Positions 17,107-29,300 of a stretch of 64,000 bases of DNA are shown here, piece by piece. Source of the stretch: the human T2T-CHM13v2.0 reference genome, Homo sapiens. Under the pieces are notes generated by a model, which made no database searches, was not told the DNA's origin, and worked only from the letters and a program-made list of their open reading frames with translations. Within the stretch, counting starts at the first letter, position 1, and the number at the start of each line of letters is the position of its first letter. Location of the stretch: the NCBI RefSeq assembly GCF_009914755.1, contig NC_060947.1. One strand, 5' to 3'. The translations under genes were made by a program, and so were the position numbers.

Positions 17107-19313
17107 TTTTCCAGGTACCATCTGTCACCCATTTCTTTGACTAGGAAAGGGAATTCCCTGACCCGTTGTGCTTCCCAGGTGAGGCGATGCCTCGCCCTTC
17201 CGCTCATGCTTGGTGCACTGCACCCACAGTCCTGCACCCACTTTCCAACACTCCCCAGTGATATAAAACCAGTACCTCAATTGGAAATGCAGAAATCACC
17301 CGTCTTCTGCGTCGCTCATGCTGGGAGCTGTAGACTGGAGCTGTTCCTATTCGGCCATCTTGGCTCCACGCCCAATAGGAATGCTTTTACACTGTTGGTG
17401 GGACTGTAATCTAGTTCAACCATTGTGGAAGACAGTGTGGTGAATCCTCAAGGATCTAGAACTAGAAATAGCATTTGACCCAGCCATCTCATTACTGGGT
17501 ATATACCCAAAGGATTATAAATCATGCTGCTATAAAGACACATGCACACGTATGTTTATTGTGGCACTATTCACAATAGCAAAGACTTGGAACCAACCCA
17601 GTGTCCATTAATGATAGACTGGGTTAAGAAATTGTGGCACATATACACCATGGAATGCTATGCAGCCATAAAAAAGGATGAGTTCATGTCCTTTGTAGGG
17701 ACATGGATGAAGATGGAAACCATCATTTTGAGCAAACTATTGCCAAGGACAGAAAACCAAACACTGCATGTTCTCACTCATAGGTGGGAATTGAACAATG
17801 AGAACACTTGGACTCAGGAAGGGGAACATCACACACTGGGGCTGTCATAGGGTAGGGGGAGGGGGAGGGACAGCATTAGGAGATATACGTAATGTAAATG
17901 ATGAGTTAATGGGTGTAGCCCACCAACATGGCACAAGTATACATATGTAACAAACCTGCATGTTGTGCACAGGTACCCTAGAACTTAAAGTATAATTTAA
18001 AAAAAAAGGATAGGAGTTGCTATACTCGAAATCAGATTGATTTCAAGACAAAACTTATAGGAAGAGGCAATGACCATAATTATATAACTATAAAGTGGTC
18101 AATTCAGCAGGAGATATAGCAATTGTAAATTTATAGGCACTTAACACTTGATCACCCAGATATATGAGGCACATATTCTTAGAGAATAAGAAAGAGATAC
18201 AATAATGCCGGGAGACTTCAACCCCCACCCCCACCTTCAGCATGGGATGTATCTTCTAGACCATTAAAAATATATCAACAAACACCAGACATAATCGGCA
18301 CTATGGATCAAATATACGTAAGAGATATTTACAGAACATTTCATTCAACAGCTGCAGAATACACATTATTTTCCTCAGCACATGGATCATTCTCAAGGAT
18401 AGACCATATGTTAGGTCAAGAAGCAAGTCTTAAAGTATTCAACAAAATAGAAATAATATCAAGCATCTTCTCTGGCAAAACAGAATAAAACTAGGAATCA
18501 ATAATAACAATAATTTTAAAATGTTGCTGTTGTATCATCGATGCAAAGAGACCAACAATAGAACTATAATACAATAAAATTCACAGAATATTATACACTG
18601 GGACAGACTGAGACATTTAGTTAATGGCAAGAACACAGTAAACACAAGCACCTGAAGATGTGCAAGTCAAGTAAAATGATATATGGATTATACAGTGAAT
18701 TTTCTAAGCCCATCTGAGGACTTTGTACCTTTTCAAAAATATCCTATATACCCCTCCAAGTTACAGAACATCTGTCTTATCTGCTTACTTCATGGCTTTT
18801 CCAATATAAAAGGTTTACAAAATCTATTTATACCTTATTTCCCTTTTTATTTAATATACTGTGGGAAAAAAGATGGAGACAAATATAATTTTCTGACATA
18901 AAAAATTAAGTTATTACAGGCACATTTACTGTTTCATTCTAGAAACATCTCAGTTTCACAGGTTGATTATTCAGCAGCTGTGTGGTTTTTTAAAACATTC
19001 TTTGATTTTGAGAAAACTAAGATATCTCTTTTTGGGCAGATTTTGATTCATAACAATGGTGTGATTATGTGAATTATATTGTGATAATTCATGCAATGAT
19101 GTCAGGTCCCTGGTTGACTGAGGCTATGAGCCAGTGGGGGATATGGGGCCCAACAGGATGGAGGGCAATTGTTTGCTGGTCCCTTGGGCCTGGAGAAACT
19201 GGTCTCTAGGTATGGGGCTAGTAGAGAACAAAGTAGTTGCTCCATGGACACTGAGTCCTGCAGTGATGATCCTTTCAATTGATGCTGAAAAAGCATTTGA
19301 TAAAATTCAACAT

Positions 19314-20855
19314 TCTCCCTCTCCCTCTCCCTCTCCCTCCTCCCGCTTTCCATGGTCTCCCCCTCTCCCTCATCTCCGTCTTCCACTTTCCATGGTCTCC
19401 CTCTGTTGCCAAGGCTGGACTGTAATGCCGCGATCTTGGCTCACTGCAACCTCCCTGCCTGATTCTCCTGCCTCAGCCTGCCAAGTGCCTGGGATTGCAG
19501 GTGCGCACCACCACGCCTGACTGGTTTTTGTATTTTTTGGTGGAGACGGGGTTTTGCCATGTTGGCCAGGCTGGTCTCCAGCTCCTGACCTCGAGTGATC
19601 TGCCTGCCTCAGCCTCCCGAGGTGCCGGGATTGCAGATGGAGTCTCGCTCACTCAGTGCTCAATGTTGCCCAGACTGGAGTGCAGTGGCATGATCTCGGC
19701 TCGCTACAACCCCCACCTCCCAGCCGCCTGCCTTGGCCTCCCAAAGTCCTGAGATTTCAGCCTCTGCCTGGCCGCCACCCCGTCTAGGAAGTGAGGAGCG
19801 TCTCTGCCTGTCCACCAATCATCTGGGATGTGAGGAGCCCCTCTGCCTGGCTGCCCAGTCTGGGAAATGAGGAGTGCCTCTTCCCGGCCGTCATCCCTTC
19901 TGTGAAGTGAGGAGCATCTCTGCCTGGCCGCCCATCTTCTGGGATGTGGGGAGCACCTCTGCCCGGCCGCAACCCCATCTGGGAACTGAGGAGCGCCTCT
20001 GTCCAGCTGCCCAGTCTGAGAAGTGAGGAGCCCCTCCGCCCGGCAGCCGTCCCGTCTGGGAAGTGAGGAGTGTCTCCACCGGGCTGCCCCATCTGGGAGG
20101 TGAGGGGCGCCCCCGCCCGGTAGCCACCCCGTCTGGGAGGTGGGGGTCACCCCCGCCTGGCAGCCACCCCATCTGGGAGGTGGGTGGTGCCCCCGCCCAG
20201 CAGCCGCCCCGTCTGGGAGGTGGGGGGCGCCTCTGCCCGGCCTCCCCATCTGGGGGGTGGGGGGCCCCTCTGCCTGGCTGCCACGTCTGGGAAGTGAGGA
20301 GCCCCTCTGCCTGGCCACCACCCCGTCTGGGAGGTGTACCCAACAGCTCATTGAGAATGGGCCATGATGACGATGGCAGTTTTGTCGAATAGAAAAGGGG
20401 GAAATGTGGGGAAAAGAAAGAGAGATCGGATTGTTACTGTGTCTGTGTAGAACGAAGTAGACATAGGAGGCTCCATTTTGCTCTGTACTAAGAAAAATTC
20501 TTCTGCTTTGGGATGCTGTTAATGTATAACCTTACCCCAACCCCGTGCTCTCTGAAACATGTGCTATGTCAACTCAGGGTTAAATGGATTAAGGGCGGTG
20601 CAAGAAGATGTGCTTTGTTAAACAGATGCTTGAAGGCAGCATGCTCGTTAAGAGTCATCACCACTCCCTAATCTCAAGTACCCAGGGACACAAACACTGC
20701 GGAAGGCCACAGGGTCCTCTGCCTAGGAAAACCAGAGACCTTTGTTCACAAGTTTATCTGCTGACCTTCTCTCCACTATTGTCCTATGACCCTGCCAAAT
20801 CCCCCTCTCTGAGAAACACCCAAGAATGATCAATAAATACTAAAAAAATTAAAAA
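19314..20855 (+). mobile_element. SVA, older A/B type, full length
   Basis: CCCTCT hexamers, antisense Alu-like part, VNTR (~19760-20335), SINE-R, aataaa and A tail; TSD aaaattcaacat at 19302-19313 and 20856-20867. Confidence 0.97.
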
Positions 20856-20873
20856 AAAATTCAACATCCTTTC

Positions 20874-23800
20874 TTTTTTAATTTAATTTTATTTTAAGTT
20901 CTGGGATACATGTGCTTAACGTGCAGGTTTGTTACATAGGTATACATGTGCCATGGTGGTTTGCTGCACCTTTCAACCCGTCATCTAGGTTTTAAGCACC
21001 GCATGCATTAGGTATTTGTCCTAATGCTCTCCATCCCCTTGCCCCACAACCCCCGAAAGGCCCTAGTGTGTAATGTTCCCCTCCCTGTGTCCATGTGTTC
21101 TCATTGTTCAACTCCCACTTATGAGTGAGAACGTGCAGTGTTTGGTTTTGTTTCCAGCCTCATCCATACCCCTGCAAAGAACATGAACTCATCCTTTTTA
21201 TGGCTGCATAATATTTCATGGTGTATAAGTACAACATATGCAATAAACACATGTGTACATGTGTCTTGATAGTAGAATGATTTATAATTCTTTGGGTATA
21301 TACCCAGTAATGGGATTGCTGGGTCACATGGTATTTCTGGTTCTAGATGCTTGAGGAATCGCCACACTGTCTAACACAATGGTTGAACTAATTTACACTA
21401 CCACCAAAAGTGTAAAAGCATTCCGATTTCTCTGCATCCTCTCCAGCATCTATTGTTTCCAGACTTTTTAATAATCTCTATTCTAACTAGTGTGAGATGG
21501 TGTTGCATTGTGGTTTTGATTTGCATTTCTCTAATGACCAGTGATGATGAGCTTTTTTTCATATGCTTGTTGGCTACCTAAATGTCTTCTTTTGAGAAGT
21601 GTCTGTTCATATCCTTCACCCAATTTTCAATGAGATTGTTTGGTTTTTTTCTTGTAAATTTGTTTAAGTTCCTTATCAATTCCAGATATTAGACCTTTGT
21701 CAGATTGATAGATTGCAAAAATTTTCTCCCATTCTGTAGGTTGCCTGTTCACTCTGAGATAGTTTCTTTTGCTGGGCAGAAGCTCTTTAATTTAATTAGA
21801 TCCCATTTGACAATTTTGGCTTTTGTTGCCATTGCTTTTGGTGTTTTAGCCATGAAGTCTTTTTCCCTTGCCTATGTCTTGAATGGTATTGCCTAGGCTT
21901 TCTTCTAAGGTTTTTATGGTTTTAGGTTTTACATTTAAGTCTTTAATCCATCTTGAGCTAATTTTTGTATTAGGTGTAAGGAACGGCTCCAGTTTCTGTT
22001 TTCTGCATATGTCTAGCCAGTTTTCCCAACATCATTTATTAAATAGCGAATCTTTTCCCTATTGCTTGTTTTTGTCAGGTTTGTCAAAGATCAGATGGTT
22101 GTAGATGTGTGGTGTTATTTCTGAGGCCTGTGTCCGGTTCCATTGGTCTACATATCTGATTTGGTACCAGTATCATGCTGTTTTGGTTACTGTAGCCTTG
22201 TAGTATAGTTTGAAGTCAGGTAGCCTAATGCCTCTAGCTTTGTTCTTTTTACTTAGGATTGTCTTGGCTATACAGGCTCCTTTTTTGGTTCCATATTAAA
22301 TTTAAAGTAGTTTTTTCTAGTTCTGTGAGGAAAGTCAATGGTAGCTTGATGGAAATAGAATTGAATCTATAAATTACTTTGGAGAGTATGGCCATTTTCA
22401 AGATATTGATTCTTCCTATCCATAAGCATGGAATGTTTTTCCATTTGTTTGTGTCCTCTCTTATTTCCTTGGGCAGTGGCTTGTAGTTCTCCTTGAAGAG
22501 GTCCTTCAGGTCCCTTCTAAGCTGTTAAGTGGTATTTCTAGGCATTTTATTCTTGTTGTAGTAATTGTGAATGGGAGTTCAATTATGACTTGGTTCTCTG
22601 TCTATTATTGGTGTATAGGAATGCTTGTGATTTTTGCACATTGAATTTCCTTCCTGTGACTTTGCTGAAGTTGCTTATCAACTTAAGGAGTTTTTGGGCT
22701 GAGATGATGAGGTTTTCTAAATATAAAATCATGTCATCTGTAAACAGAGACAATTTGACTTCCTCTCTTCCTATTTGAATACCCTTTATTTCTTTCTCTT
22801 GCCTGATTGCCCTGGCCAGAACTTCCAATACTGTGTCGAATAGGAGTGGTGAGAGAGGGCATCCTTGTTTGTGCCAGTTTTCAAAGGGAATTCTTCCAGG
22901 TTTTGCCCATTCAGTGTGATATGGGCTGTGGGTTTGTCACAAATAGCTCTTATTATTTTGAGATATGTTCCATCAGTGCCTAGTTTATTGAGAGTTTTTA
23001 GCATGAAGGGCTGTTGAATTTTGTCAAAGGCCTTTTCTGCATCTATTGAGATAATTATGTGGTTTTTGTCGCTGGCTTTGTTTATGTGATGGAGTACATT
23101 TATTGATTTGCATATGTTGGACTAGCCTTGCATCTCAGGGATGAAGCCAACTTCATTTGCTGCTGAATTTGGTTTGCCAGAATTTTATTGAGAATTTTCA
23201 CATCAATGTTCATCAGGGATATTGGCCTGAGTTTTTTTTGTTGTTGTTGTGTCTTTGCCAGGTTTTGGAATCAGGATGATTCTGGCCTCATAAATTGAGT
23301 TAGGGAGAAGTCCCATTTTTTCTATCATTTGGAATAGTTTCAGAAGAAATGGTACCAGCTCCTCTTTGTACCTCTGGTAGAATTTGGCTGTGAATCTGTC
23401 TGGTCCTGGCCTTTCTTTTGGTTGGTAGGCTGTTAACTATTGCCTCAATTTTAGAACTTGTTATTGGTCTATTCAGGTATGCGACTTCTCTCACGTTTAG
23501 TATTGGGAGGGTATATGTGTCCAGGAATTTATTGATTTCTTCTAGGTTTCCTAGTTTATTTGTGTAGAGGTGTTTATAATATTCTCTGATGGTAGGTTGT
23601 ATTTCTGTGGGATCAATGGTGATATCCCCTTTATCATTTTTATTGGGTCGATTTGATTCTTCTCTCTTTTCTTCTTTATTAATCTGGCTACTGGTCTATT
23701 TTGTTAATCTTTTCAAAAAACCATCTCCTGGATTCATGGATTTTTGAAGGGTTTTTCATGTCTCTATCTTCTTCAGTTCCACTCTGATCTTAGTTATTTC

Positions 23801-25158
23801 TTGTCTTCTGCTAGCTTTTGAATTTGTTTGCTCTTGCTTCTCTAGTTATTTTAACTGTGATGTCAGGGTGTTGATTTTAGATCTTTTCGGCTTTCTGATG
23901 TGGGCATTTAGTGCTACAAATTTTCCATTAAACGCTGCTTAACTGTGTTCCAGAGATTCTGGTACGTTGTGTCTTCATTCTCATTGGTTTCGAATAACTT
24001 ATTTATTTCTGCCTTTATTTCTTTATTTACCCAGTAGTCATTCAGAAGCAGGTTGTTCAGTTTCCATATAGTTGTGTGGTTTTGAGTGAGTTTCTTAATC
24101 CTAAGTTCTAATTTGATTGCACTGTGGTCTGAGAGACAGTTTGTTATAATTTCAGGTTTTTTGTTTTTGTCTTTTTTTTTTTCGCATTTGCTGAGAAGTG
24201 TTTTACTTCCAATTATATGGTTGATTTTAGAGTAAGTGCTATGTGGTGCTGAGAAGAATGTATATTCTGTTGATTTGGGGTGGAGAGTTCTGTAGATGTC
24301 TATTAGGTCCACTTGGTCCAGAGCTGAGTTCAAGTACTGAATATTCTTGTTAATAACCTGTCTCATTGATCTGTCTAATATTTACAGTGGGGTGTTAAAG
24401 TCTCCCACTATTATTATGTGGGAGTCTAAGCCCCTTTGTAGGTCACCAAGAACTTGTTTTATGAATCTAGGTGCTTCTGTATTGGGTACATATATATTTA
24501 GGATAGTTAGCTCTTCTTGTTGCATTGATCCCTTTACCATTATGTAATGCCTTTCTTTGTCTTTTTTTATCTTTGTTGGTTTAAAGTCTGCTTTATCAGA
24601 GACTAGTATTGCAACCTCGGCTTTTTTTGCTTTTCACTTGCTTGGTAAATATTCCTCCATTCCTTTATTTTGAGCCTATATGTGTCTTTGCACGTGAGAT
24701 GGGTCTCCTCAATACTGCACACCGATGAGTCTTGACTATCCAACTTGCCAGTCTGTGTCTTTTAATTTGGGCATTTAGCCCATTTACATTTAACATTAAT
24801 ATTGTTATATGTGAACTTGATCCTGTCATCATGATGCTAGCTGATTATTTTGCACATTAGTTGATTCAGTTTCTTCATGGTGTCACTGGTCTTTATATTT
24901 TGGTGTGTTTTTGCAGTGGTTGGTACCGATTTTTCTTTCCCATATTAGGGCTTCCTTCAGGAGTTCTTGTAAGGCAGGCCTGGTGGTACAGAATCCCTCA
25001 GCATTTGCTTGTCTGTAAACAATTTTATTTCTCCTTCATTTATGAAACTTAGTTTGGCTGGATATGAAATTTTGGGTTGAAAATTCTTTCTTTAAAAATA
25101 TTGAATATTGGGCCCCACTGTCTTCTGGCTTGTAGGGTTTCTGCAGAGAGATCCATTG
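20874..25158 (-). mobile_element. 5'-truncated L1PA7/8-like (end of ORF1, ORF2, 3'UTR)
   Basis: T-rich tail at 20874; minus-strand ORF2 fragments; TSD aattcaacatc(c/a)tttc at 20858-20873 and 25159-25174. Confidence 0.93.
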
Positions 25159-25976
25159 AATTCAACATCATTTCATAAAGAATAACACCCTCAAAAAGCT
25201 AGGTATACAAGAAACATATCTCAATATGATAAAAGGCATATACAATAGACCCATAGCTAGTATTATACTGAATGGGGAAAACCTGAAAGCCTTTCTTCTA
25301 AGATCAGGAATACAACAAGAATGCTCACTTTCACCACTGTTATTCAGCATAGTACTAGAAGTCCAAGCTAGACCAATCAGATAAGAGAAAGAAATGAAGA
25401 ACATCCAAATTAAAATGAAAGAAGTCAAACTATTGTTTTTTGCAGATGATATCATTTTATACTTCACAAAACCCAGAGACTTTACCAAAAATCTATTAGA
25501 ACTGATAAACAAATTTAATAAATTTGCAGGATACAAATTTAACATTAAAAATCAGTAGCATTTCTATATGCCCACATAGAATATTCTGAAAAAGAAATCA
25601 TGAAGGTAATCCCATTTACAATAGCTACAAATAAAATAAAATACATAGAATTAACTTAACCAAAGAAGTGAATTTTTTTTTAAATTAAACATGGATGCAA
25701 GAAATTAAAAAGTACACCAAAATATGGAAAGGTATTCTCTGTTTGTGGATAGGAAGAATCCATATTTTTAAAATGTCCATTTTACCCAAAGCAATCTATA
25801 GATTTAATGCAATCCCTATCCAAATACCATTGATACTTTTTACAGAAATAGAAAAACAATTCTAAATTTTATGGGGAACCATAACAGACCCAGAATATCC
25901 AAAGCTATCCTGAGCAAAAAGAACAAAACTGGAGTAATCACATTACCTGATTCCATATTATACTACAGAACTATAG

Positions 25977-26378
25977 TGATATGGTTTGGCTGTGTCCCCA
26001 CACAAATCTTGTTTCGAATTGTAATCCCCATGTGTCAGGGAAGGGACCTGGTGGGAGGTAATTAGATCATTGGGGTGGATTTTCCCCATGCAGTTCTCAT
26101 GATAGTGAGTTCTTATGAGATCTGATGGCTTAAAAGTGTGACACTTACACCCTCACTCTCTCTCCTGTCCTGCCATTGTGAAGATGTGCATGCTTCCAAC
26201 ATTGTGAAGATGTGTGTGCTTTCCAGTCACCTTCCACCATGACTGTAAGTTTTCTGAGGCTGCCCAGTCATGCTTCCTGTTAAGCCTGCAGAACTGTGAG
26301 TCAATTTAACCTTTTTTCTTTGTAAATTACCCATTTTTAAGTTAGTTCTCTATAGCAGCATGAAAATGTACTAATACT
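25977..26378 (+). mobile_element. MaLR solo LTR (THE1D/MSTA-like)
   Basis: tgatatggtttggctgtgtcccca...ctaatac; TSD tatag at 25972-25976 and 26379-26383. Confidence 0.93.
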
Positions 26379-29300
26379 TATAGTAACCAAAATACATGGT
26401 CCTGGCACAAAAACACACAAATAGACCAGTGGAACAGAATAGAGAACTCAGAGATAAGTCTGTTCACCTGCAGTGGACTCATTTTTGACAAAGGTGCCAA
26501 GAACACACTTTGGGGAAAGGACTGTCTCTTCAGTAAGTGGTGTTAAGAAAACCAGATATCCATATGCAGAAGAATGAAATTAGATCCCGGTCTCTCACCA
26601 TATACAAAAGTCAAATCCAAACATATTAAAGACGCAAATATAAGACCTCAAATTGTGAAACTACTAAAAGCAAACACTGGAGAAATTCATCAGGACATTG
26701 GACTGGGTGAAGATTTCTTGAGTAATACACTATTAAGTGCTATTTATTGCACTGGCAACCAACACACAAATGGACAAATGTGATCACAAGTTTTGCACAG
26801 CAAAGAAAACAATCAACAAAATGCACAGACAACCTACAGAATTAGAGAAAATATTTGCAAACTATTCATATGACAATGGATTAGTAATCAGAATACACAG
26901 GAGCTAAAACACCTCTATAGGAAAGGAAAAATATAATAAGCAGATTTTAAAATGGGTGAAAGTCCTGAATAGGCATTTCTCAAAAGAGGACATACACATG
27001 GAAAACAGGTGTATGAAAAGGTGCTCAATATCATTGATCATCTGAGAAATGCACATCAAAACTGCAATAAAATATTATCTCACCTCAATTAAAATGACTT
27101 TTATTCAAAAGACAGGCAATAACAAATGCTGGCGAGAATGTGGAGAAAAAGGAAACCTCATACAGTGTTGGTGGTAATGTAAATTAGTACAACCACTATG
27201 AAAACAGTTTAGAAGTTCCTCAAAAAAAGAAAAATAGAACTACCATATGTTCCAGCAATCCCACTGTTAGATATATACCCAAAAGAAAGTAAATCAGTAT
27301 ATCAAAAATATATCTGCACTCCCATGTTTATTGTAGCCCTATGCACAATAGCCAAGATTTGGAAGCAACCAAAGTGTTGAACAGATGACTGGGTAAAGAC
27401 AATGTAATACATGTAAACAATGGAGTACTACTCAGTCATAAAAGTAGAATGAGATTCTGTCATTTGCAACAACATGGATGGAACTGGGGGTCATTATGTT
27501 AAGTAAAATAAGCCAGGCAGAAAGACAAATATCCCATTTTCTCACTTATTTGTGGGATCTAAAAATAAAAACAAAAGAACCCATGGGAATAGAGAGTAGA
27601 AGAGTAGGTACAAGAGGCTGGGAATGGTAGTCGGGGGATAGGGAAAATGGGGATAGTTAGCGGGTACAAAAAAATAGAAAGAATAAATGACACCTAGTAT
27701 TTGCTAGGACAACAGGGTGACTATAGTAAAAAGTAAACAATATTTTAAAATAAAAAATATTTAAAATAAAAAATACCAAAGCATCAATCGATGTTATCAA
27801 TGTGGTTATTGTTATTTTGCCAAAATATGAAAGTGGGAATATATGTTATATATGCCCATAGAGCTGGCTATGAGAAACTGGCTTATGCATAGACAACTCA
27901 GAGAATTTTAGAAATCAGAGAATTTTAAAATTTCAGAGTAGGAAATAAACTCAAAGGTCATCAGATCTATGCCTCATCTGGTGCTTGTAAAAAGACTCTG
28001 GAATCTCTTAAGGGAACTTATCTATATCTTGTTATTGTCATTCTCTTCCCAAATTCTGTTATTTTTAGACAGTAATGCTACAGATTTTTCATCAGTCTAA
28101 CAAATTGTATTGAATTCACCTTTTTTATGCTTGTAAAGATTTTAATAATGTTGATTGAAATCAAAGTGTTATAATTATTTCAATGCAGAATCTTCAAAAA
28201 ATTTGCAAGGGGAAGGCGGGAAAGCAGTCTGCTTAGTTCTTCTGCTCATTGTTACTGAATTATACTCCTAAAAGTGAAGTCCACAGTCATTTTATTCCTC
28301 AATAAAAACCCTGACTCTTTGGGGAGATGTTCTAACACAAAGCACAGAAAATGAAAAGAAGATTCAACAGCTTCATTTTTCAATTTACCTAATCTGGATA
28401 ATAATCTCTACCTGGTGATAATTCATCTCAGGGAAGAATTTACCACTATTTTGGATCAGATTGTACTTCATAGTAGGTAATCATTTCAAGGCAGTACTCA
28501 GTATAGGTGTTTAATCCAAAGGTAATGTTAGTTATTTTTCTGCAGCTGCAAACATATTTTCCAAGGAAACAATATTACAAAAGGCATTTTCAGAGAGGAC
28601 CAAGATGGCAGAATAGAAGGCTCCACCAATTGTCACCCTCGCAAGGACATCAATTTAATTACTATCTACAGAGGAAAAAAAAAAAAAACACCTTCATTAG
28701 AACCAAAAATCAGATGAGCCCTCATAATACCTGGTTTTAACTCTATACTGCTGAAAGATGCACTGAAGAGATAGAAAAAACATTCCTGAATCTCAAATGC
28801 CACCCCTTCCGCACCCTTGGCAGCAGCAGTGTGGTACAGAGAGCTTCTTTGGATGCTGGGGGAAGGTGAGCACAGCAATTGTGAGGCATTAATCTCAGTG
28901 CTATCCTTTTAGAGCAGAGAGGAAAACCAGACCAAACTTACCTGATGCATGTCGAGCTAATGGAGGGAGCACTTAAAGAAACCTTAGCCAGAGGGTAGTC
29001 ACCTAGCCTAGTGGTCTAAACTTGAGTTCCCTCACACATCACTACTGGGGGACAAAGTGCTCTGTATCTCTAAGTAAACCTGAAAAGCATTCTAGGTCAT
29101 CAGGACTGCAACTGTTAGGCAAGTCATAGGGCTAAACTGAGCCCAGAGACAGTGGACTGGGAGGCCACATGATCTACTGAAACACCAGCCAGCACAGTTA
29201 AGGGAGATCTGAAATCACCACATTTCTAACCCCAGGCTGCACAGCTTGAGGCTCCAAAACAGATCCCTTCCTTCTGCTTTAGGAGAGTAATGGGAAAAGT

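Larger units (their letters stand above)
19265..27770 (+). mobile_element. Old L1MA-type element, RT to 3'UTR; host to SVA, L1PA and a MaLR LTR
   Basis: [15 protein letters not shown] at 19265-19313 resumes at 25159; L1MA 3'UTR (gaataaatgacacctagtatttgctaggacaacagggtgactatagt). Confidence 0.85.

Noticed and set aside
19704-20392. ORFs of up to 215 aa
   Set aside because: Translations of the SVA VNTR
27780-28566. Unique AT-rich segments here and at 43430-44010 and 44820-45990 as possible exons or enhancers
   Set aside because: No convincing ORF, splice pattern or motif visible; conservation data would be needed
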